Source: Eutreptiella sp. 'Long Island Sound 2002' (taxonomy: Eukaryota; Protista; Euglenida). Taken from it: DNA of 64,000 nt. Where the stretch lies: the NCBI GenBank assembly GCA_964036045.1, contig OZ038379.1, forward strand, positions 13,454,001 to 13,518,000, in the 5' to 3' direction. Positions 61,051 through 64,000 of this stretch are shown here, in pieces. The position numbers and the translations under genes were made by a program. The first letter of the stretch is position 1. Every line of letters begins with the position of its first letter. The notes below the pieces were generated by a model. That model saw only the letters and a program-made list of their open reading frames with translations. It made no database searches and was not told the DNA's origin.

Positions 61051-62738
61051 CCCCCCCCCCTCCTTTGTAATAGCCACGCCCTTGTCCAAGCAATAGTAGG
61101 CGTAGGTACCTTATTAATTTGGTACCTAATTTCAAATCGGTACCAAATGTAGTGCAGCCACACAAGACATGGGTTTGGTGACAAATTTGCCAGCTACATA
61201 GGGTCATGGACACATTTGTTGTGAGTGTTTGCCCACTTGAACCCACATCGCTCTGATTTTCAGGATATTTCTGCACTATATCCCCCTTTCTTGCACCAGC
61301 AATCTTCTCTTTTTCAACCCTCCTTGATACTCCGGGCCGACATAGGGGCGGTGCAGAGGTGTGGGGTGGAGAGGGGGGGTCCCTTCCCCTGTAACCTTAC
61401 TTTGGATGAGGCACACAAGTATTAGACTTTGACTTTTTGATTGCACCCCTCACGGTACAACCCAATACTCCCTCGCTCCCCCCTGAGGCGAAGTCCTAGT
61501 CCAGGTTGCTTGGCCGAGGAGTGCCAACACACGCAAGGTGACTTGGATGCAGGATGGCAGCAACAGGGCGCCCTCACCTGTCCTGTTGCATAGAAACACT
61601 GCAGTGTTGACAAAATAAAGGCCATCAGGTGCAGACAATTGTATGGTAGCACACGTGTATCATACTTGTGTGGGCGTCCAGTTATTTTCACACATTCCAC
61701 CGGTGAGCATGTGGATGCCACAATGAAGGGACCATCGGAGAAGGGGGAGCTGTTCCTAGTGTTGGGCGACATGAAGGGTGGGCAGGTGGTCACACACCCC
61801 TGTGCCCGAGCTCAAACCAGCTCCTAAACCACGGGCAAAGGCATCTTCAAAGGCATCTTCAAGTGGTCAGCATGTGCAGTTGTTCCGCATGGTGTATGAT
61901 CGCAAGAAGGGTTTCCCCCCCAAACATTTGCCCGCGTCTCATGCCTCATTGCTTGTTGGAACATGGGTGTGAACCCGAAGTTTCATGTTTCAAACACTTT
62001 CTTGTGTTTACCACCCTCCCCCTTTGTAAGAGCTACGCCCTTGTCCAAGCTATAGTAGGCGTAGGGACCGTATTAATTTGGTACCTAATTTTAATTCGGT
62101 ACAAATGTAGTGCAGCCGCATAACACATGGGTTTGGTGACTGATTCTGATTCGGGGACGGACACCGATGAAGATAAACCCATTTCTGACCTCTCTTCCTC
62201 AAGTGATGATTCTAGTGACTCGGATGATAATCCCAATGAAGTTATTTGGGCTAAGGCTGCCTGAGGTGTGTGGGGAATGGCCCATGTCTTTGATGGGAAG
62301 TTGTACTTTACAAGAGACCACATGCAGGGCAATTTGATTCCCAAGAATTTGAAGTTGCCCGAGCCAAAGCCAGCCACTAAACCTCGGGCAAAGGCATCTT
62401 CAAAGGCATCTTCAAGTGGTGAGCATGTGCAGTTGTTCCGCGTGGTATATGATCACAAGAAGGGTTTCCAATCCGAACATTTGTAGGCTTCTCATGCCTC
62501 ATTGCTTGTAGGAACATGGGTATGAACCTGAAAATTCATGTTTCAAACACTTTCTTGTGTTTCAATGCCTTTGGGAACGTGGGTGGATGCTAAGGTGCAC
62601 TCATACCATGCACTTACTCACGTGTGTGTTGGTACTTGTATGTGTTGCGCGCAAGCCACGCCCTTGTCTAAGCTACAGTAGGCGTAGGGACTGTATTAAT
62701 TTGGTACTTTTGCCTGGCCATTACAAGGGGGGGGGGGG
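61051..62738. mobile_element. Larger members of the 42887-43429 family: left ends at 61051 and 62011, right end at 62738, internal 206-bp direct repeat (61803-62008 and 62357-62562)
   Basis: TA-flanked CCCC..TTTGTAA..GCYACGCCCTTGTCCAAGC ends match the 42887-43429 arms; degenerate coding remnants lie inside. Confidence 0.6.
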
Positions 62739-64000
62739 TACACTTGACGTATTCAAGGAATAGGCAGGATGATGAGAACCCAGCAGCACCTCCCAATGGT
62801 ACACTGGTACGCTAATGGTTTGGGTTGGGCATCTTGTGCTTAGGGAGGTGTTATGGGAGTTTCATAAGGTCGCCGCACTTGGTTGTTTGGTCGGTAGATT
62901 TGCACTGGTTGGGTTGTTTGCACTGTGTTGCTGAATCACATTGCTTCTGGTGTGATGTGACCGCCGTCCATCTGTTTGGCACCATATTTTTTGTTCTGTG
63001 TCATACAACCCTCCTTGTGGGATCCCTGTGTCCAGCACCTGACTGCAACGTGGAACAATCTTTGTATTTGTGCCTGGTGGAGAGGTGCTCTACATGTGTA
63101 CAAATGGGGAGCACGTCCTTGCTACGATCATCAACGGCCAGTTCTCTGATGAGGACCTATGTGCGGTCCCGCTGGTTCCATTCAGCGTGCTCACCGCCAT
63201 GGCAGGAACATCACAGCACCAGATCCGTTGGTGCCATGATGTTCGGTGCCTTCCTTCAGTGCCATTATGTTCGGTGCCATTTTGTACTTCAGTACATCCC
63301 AAAAACATATGATGTTATCAGAATCCTCGAAACCTTTGCTGCTTGTTTCTCTTTTTTGTTTTCATCTCGCTGCGGCGTGGCAGCTGTTGCTGCACTACCA
63401 GGCATATAAGATACCAGAAGTGTCTCTAACCTGTTGGCCACAATTTGCTGTGGCAATGGGCTTTCCATCTGCACAGAGAGTTCCAGGCAGTGCTGCTGAG
63501 GCTACACAGAGAGTTCTTGGCAATGCTGCTGAGGTAGAGTTCGTTCCGGCAAAACATTCCAGTGTGTTCCGGCTATTCTAGTTGCCCGGGGGGGGGGGGG
63601 GGGGCATGCTTGATAGGGTAGGGCAGTTGTGGGCAACTACTTTGTTTCTATGCTCCCGGGTCTCCAGGAGCCGTGGCAGTCTTACACCTCTGCACTCTGT
63701 GTACATGTGTACCGTAGCAACAGGGTTGCCCCCCAGCGGCGTCTCTTTTCGGGGACATGCCTGACACGCATGAAGCTTTTGGGCTTACAACTCTTGCTGT
63801 ACAGAATATCTGGGCCAAGATGCCCATGCACACCATTGGCCTGACGGCCAGAACTGTCTCCGGTGTCAGACAAAAAAAAAGATCCCGCATGTCGTATATT
63901 TGTATAACTGTGTGTGTGTGTGTGTTTTCTTTGATCTGTTCTTGTCTCGCGGTTCTTGACGTGTGTGTTTGGTGTCCATGCCCATGGGGGTAGGAACAAT

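Overview
Eukaryotic, transposon-saturated DNA; no prokaryotic operons, rRNA or CRISPR. A euglenid (Euglenozoa) source is my inference, from the VIPER/TATE-type retroelement gene order, TTAGGG repeats and the (CCAACCG)n and GG/CC-run repeat families. Only two clear host genes are present, both intronless and GC-rich: a membrane-anchored DUF4202 protein (36571-37248) and a multi-TM hybrid histidine kinase/receiver (49221-51272). The window opens with a nearly intact tyrosine-recombinase retrotransposon (9-5013; gag-YR-RT/RNase H; split direct repeats A1..B1A2..B2). It shows a candidate gag UGA-readthrough signal, a 1.3-kb dual-coded region, an att-like junction palindrome and an unexpected duplicated target at its right end. 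The remainder includes: two related cellular-type RNase H ORFs, each followed within about 50-70 bp by a tRNA-like sequence; a degenerate PIF/Harbinger transposase sharing its TIR with a MITE; hAT-type and TA-flanked MITEs, some self-nested; an Ulp1-like protease relic; a second, divergent YR-element RT relic; a 362-bp-arm palindrome whose loop is a copy of that RT core; and several mini/microsatellites. All family assignments come from motif recognition by eye, with no database search.
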